DNA from: an uncultured cyanobacterium
GTDB lineage: Bacteria; Cyanobacteriota; Cyanobacteriia; CAKZMO01
Direction: 5' to 3'
Length of the DNA stretch: 64,000 bases
Assembly: GCA_963719515.1 (NCBI GenBank)
Contig: CAVRCJ010000019.1
Coordinates: 64,001-128,000, forward strand
Within the stretch, counting starts at the first letter, position 1; each line of letters opens with the position of its first letter. The position numbers and the translations under genes were made by a program. This document shows, in pieces, positions 61,716 to 64,000 of the stretch. Under the pieces are notes generated by a model that ran no database searches, was not told the DNA's origin, and was given only the letters and a program-made list of their open reading frames with translations.

Positions 61716-62490
61716 TGTCTGGCGTCGTGGCTGCAGTGCCCAGCCCATCCCGCTGCGGATTGGAGTAGACGGTGACCCACTCTAATCGGCTGATGGGCGA
61801 TGAAATTTCGATGACGGCCTCCGGGGCCGGTGACTTAGTCAGATCAATTGAGCGCACGGTCCCTACCGGAATACCCACCGGGAAAAGTTGGCTAAGGCGT
61901 GATGTGACCACCACATCCCCCGGACGAATGTCGGGCACCTTGTCAAACAAAACCATCACGGCTTGATCCCCCGCCTGTCCCCGCAGATAGCCCATGGCCC
62001 GAGAACGACTCACCGTCACACCCACCTGACTCGCCGGATCGCTGAGGAGCAAAACTCGGCTCGTGTTTGGCGTAGCGTGGGTAACGCGTCCCACCAGTCC
62101 GCCTACCCCAGCGACCACGTCGCCCACCTGCACTCCGGCACTTTTGCCCTGGCCCAGCAAAAGCTGGTGCCACCATTGATCTGTGCTCCGACCGATGACG
62201 GGGGCAAACACTTTGTCAACAGGGGTCAGGTCCGGCGAATCCAAAAGCGATCGCAGCTGCTGGTTTTGCTGCTGCATTTCCTGCAGCTGGCCCTGAAGCT
62301 CCCGAACGCGGGCTGTCTCAATAGCCTCTGCGTCAGATGGCGCAGCCTGAGCGAGCTGCTGCATCCAGCGATAGACTTCTAGAACGGGTAGACCATTGGT
62401 TTGCCGAACGAGCCAGGCTGCGACCAGGGCCAGTGATATCAGCCCTAGCCGCAGTCCGTGAAGCTCCCACCAGCGGCGAAACGTATACAT
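61702..62490 (-). CDS. mreC: Rod shape-determining protein MreC
   Basis: Coiled coil, APVIGRS...WW, GGLVGRV, GD.VVTS....FP.GIPVG. Confidence 0.95.
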   Translation of the reverse strand: MYTFRRWWELHGLRLGLISLALVAAWLVRQTNGLPVLEVYRWMQQLAQAAPSDAEAIETARVRELQGQLQEMQQQNQQLRSLLDSPDLTPVDKVFAPVIGRSTDQWWHQLLLGQGKSAGVQVGDVVAGVGGLVGRVTHATPNTSRVLLLSDPASQVGVTVSRSRAMGYLRGQAGDQAVMVLFDKVPDIRPGDVVVTSRLSQLFPVGIPVGTVRSIDLTKSPAPEAVIEISSPISRLEWVTVYSNPQRDGLGTAATTPDNGNP

Positions 62491-62616
62491 TCTGATGACT
62501 CGATGACGGTAATGTATAGAACAAAAAAGAAGGGAATACGCGGAGCACAGCGCTCTAAAACCGGGTGAGTTTGAGCGATCGCTGCCAATTAATAATCCCT
62601 TCGATATTACTTAACA

Positions 62617-63642
62617 TTACTTAAAAACGCGAGCAAGCTGCTTAAAGTTCTCCAGCACGCGCCCCGTTCCCAACACAACACAGCTCAGCGGATCGGCGGC
62701 AATGTGAACCACTATGCCGGTCTCGTGGCTGATGAGGGTGTCAAGCTCTTTGAGCAGCGCCCCACCTCCCGCCAGCATAATGCCGCGGTCGACGATGTCA
62801 GCAGCAAGTTCTGGCGGCGTCCGCTCTAAGGTACGCTTAACGGCGTCAATAATAACGGAAAGGGGCTCAGACATGGCTTCTCGCATCTCGGGAGCCTTGA
62901 CGGTTACCGTTCTCGGCAGGCCTGATAGCAGATGAAGGCCGCGCACTTCTATTGTCATCTCCTCCTCGTTGGGCGTAGGGTAGGCTGAGCCAATAGATAT
63001 TTTGATCTCCTCAGCCGTGCGCTCACCGATCACTAAGTTATGCACCTTCTTCATGTATTGGACCAGTGCATCGCTAAGCTCATCTCCAGCAACCCGCACC
63101 GACTCGCTGAGGACGGTGCCCTGAAGGCTGAGGACGGCGACTTCAGTAGTTCCCCCACCGATATCGATGATCATGTTGCCGGTGGCCTCGGCCACTGGCA
63201 ATCCGGCCCCAATCGCGGCGGCTACCGGCTCGTCGATTAGGTGAACTTCCCGCGCCCCGGCCTCCCGCGCGGCATCTTCCACGGCCCGGCGCTCTACCCC
63301 GGTAACGCCGCTGGGGATGCCGATGACGATGCGCGGAGAGACCAAGGTTCGTCCCTCATGAACCCGCCGGATGAAATGCTTCAGCATGATTTCGGCGGTG
63401 TCAAAATCCGCAATGACGCCGTCTCGGAGGGGCCTCAAGGCCAAAACGTTTCCGGGGGTCCGCCCCAGCATCTTCTTGGCGTCCTCCCCTACAGCGAGCG
63501 GCGTCTTATCATTTTGGTCAATGGCGACGACCGAAGGCTCTTGCAGCACAATGCCTTTACCCGAAACGTAAACGAGGGTATTGGCGGTACCGAGGTCGAT
63601 ACCCATGTCGCGTGACAGCGAGAAGCGATTTAGAATTCCCAC
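62617..63642 (-). CDS. mreB: Rod shape-determining protein MreB
   Basis: GIDLGTANT, RPLRDGVIAD, IDIGGGTTE, ERTPPELAADI. Confidence 0.98.
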   Translation of the reverse strand: MGILNRFSLSRDMGIDLGTANTLVYVSGKGIVLQEPSVVAIDQNDKTPLAVGEDAKKMLGRTPGNVLALRPLRDGVIADFDTAEIMLKHFIRRVHEGRTLVSPRIVIGIPSGVTGVERRAVEDAAREAGAREVHLIDEPVAAAIGAGLPVAEATGNMIIDIGGGTTEVAVLSLQGTVLSESVRVAGDELSDALVQYMKKVHNLVIGERTAEEIKISIGSAYPTPNEEEMTIEVRGLHLLSGLPRTVTVKAPEMREAMSEPLSVIIDAVKRTLERTPPELAADIVDRGIMLAGGGALLKELDTLISHETGIVVHIAADPLSCVVLGTGRVLENFKQLARVFK

Positions 63643-64000
63643 GAGTTATTTACTCTCCCAAAAGTTGGACGGATAGATGGTAATACGGTCGGGAATTTAT
63701 TCACCAGAGCGCTAGCGACAGCTGACCTAGCACGCTGAGACTTTGTGACGCTGTGGTTTTCAAGGGTAGACCTGGACTAATTGACCTTAGTGGTTCGCTG
63801 CTCACAGCACGCTCTCTACCAACAATACCTAAACGGTCAGGATTCTATTACGTTTTCGGGATATCGTCTAGTGATGTCGTACCAGTTTAGGAAGCGATCG
63901 CAATATCAGGGGCGGTCAGGCCCAACTGGACCAATTAGGGTAGATGCACTGAGATTACATCCATTATGCCTGCCGTCGACCTCGAGTCCTCGCACAGACC

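Overview
Chromosomal window from a GC-rich cyanobacterium (HIP1 octamer GCGATCGC is abundant; ndhL, psbY, HpsJ-like and PedR-like genes are present). Most of it is core genome: nusB-ftsY, a GH57 enzyme, aspS, riboflavin synthase, infC, a gyrA paralog, cysH, hisS, a group 2 sigma factor, tyrA and mreBCD. There are two accessory zones. Zone 1 (about 4.4-13.2 kb) has a 189-bp MITE with a 10-bp target duplication, a caspase-like/NB-ARC/TPR gene followed by an orphan paralogous C-terminal tail, an MNT antitoxin with a deleted HEPN toxin, a cassette of promoter + about 220-nt structured leader + 94-aa ORF of unknown function, and two IS200/IS605 (TnpB) derivatives. Zone 2 (about 24.1-28.5 kb) is decayed or indel-rich, with fragments of DinB, a cysteine-dioxygenase-like cupin, an HExxH metalloprotease and an ISAzo13 transposase. 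I recognised no tRNA, rRNA or CRISPR array. All family assignments come from reading motifs by eye, not from database searches.
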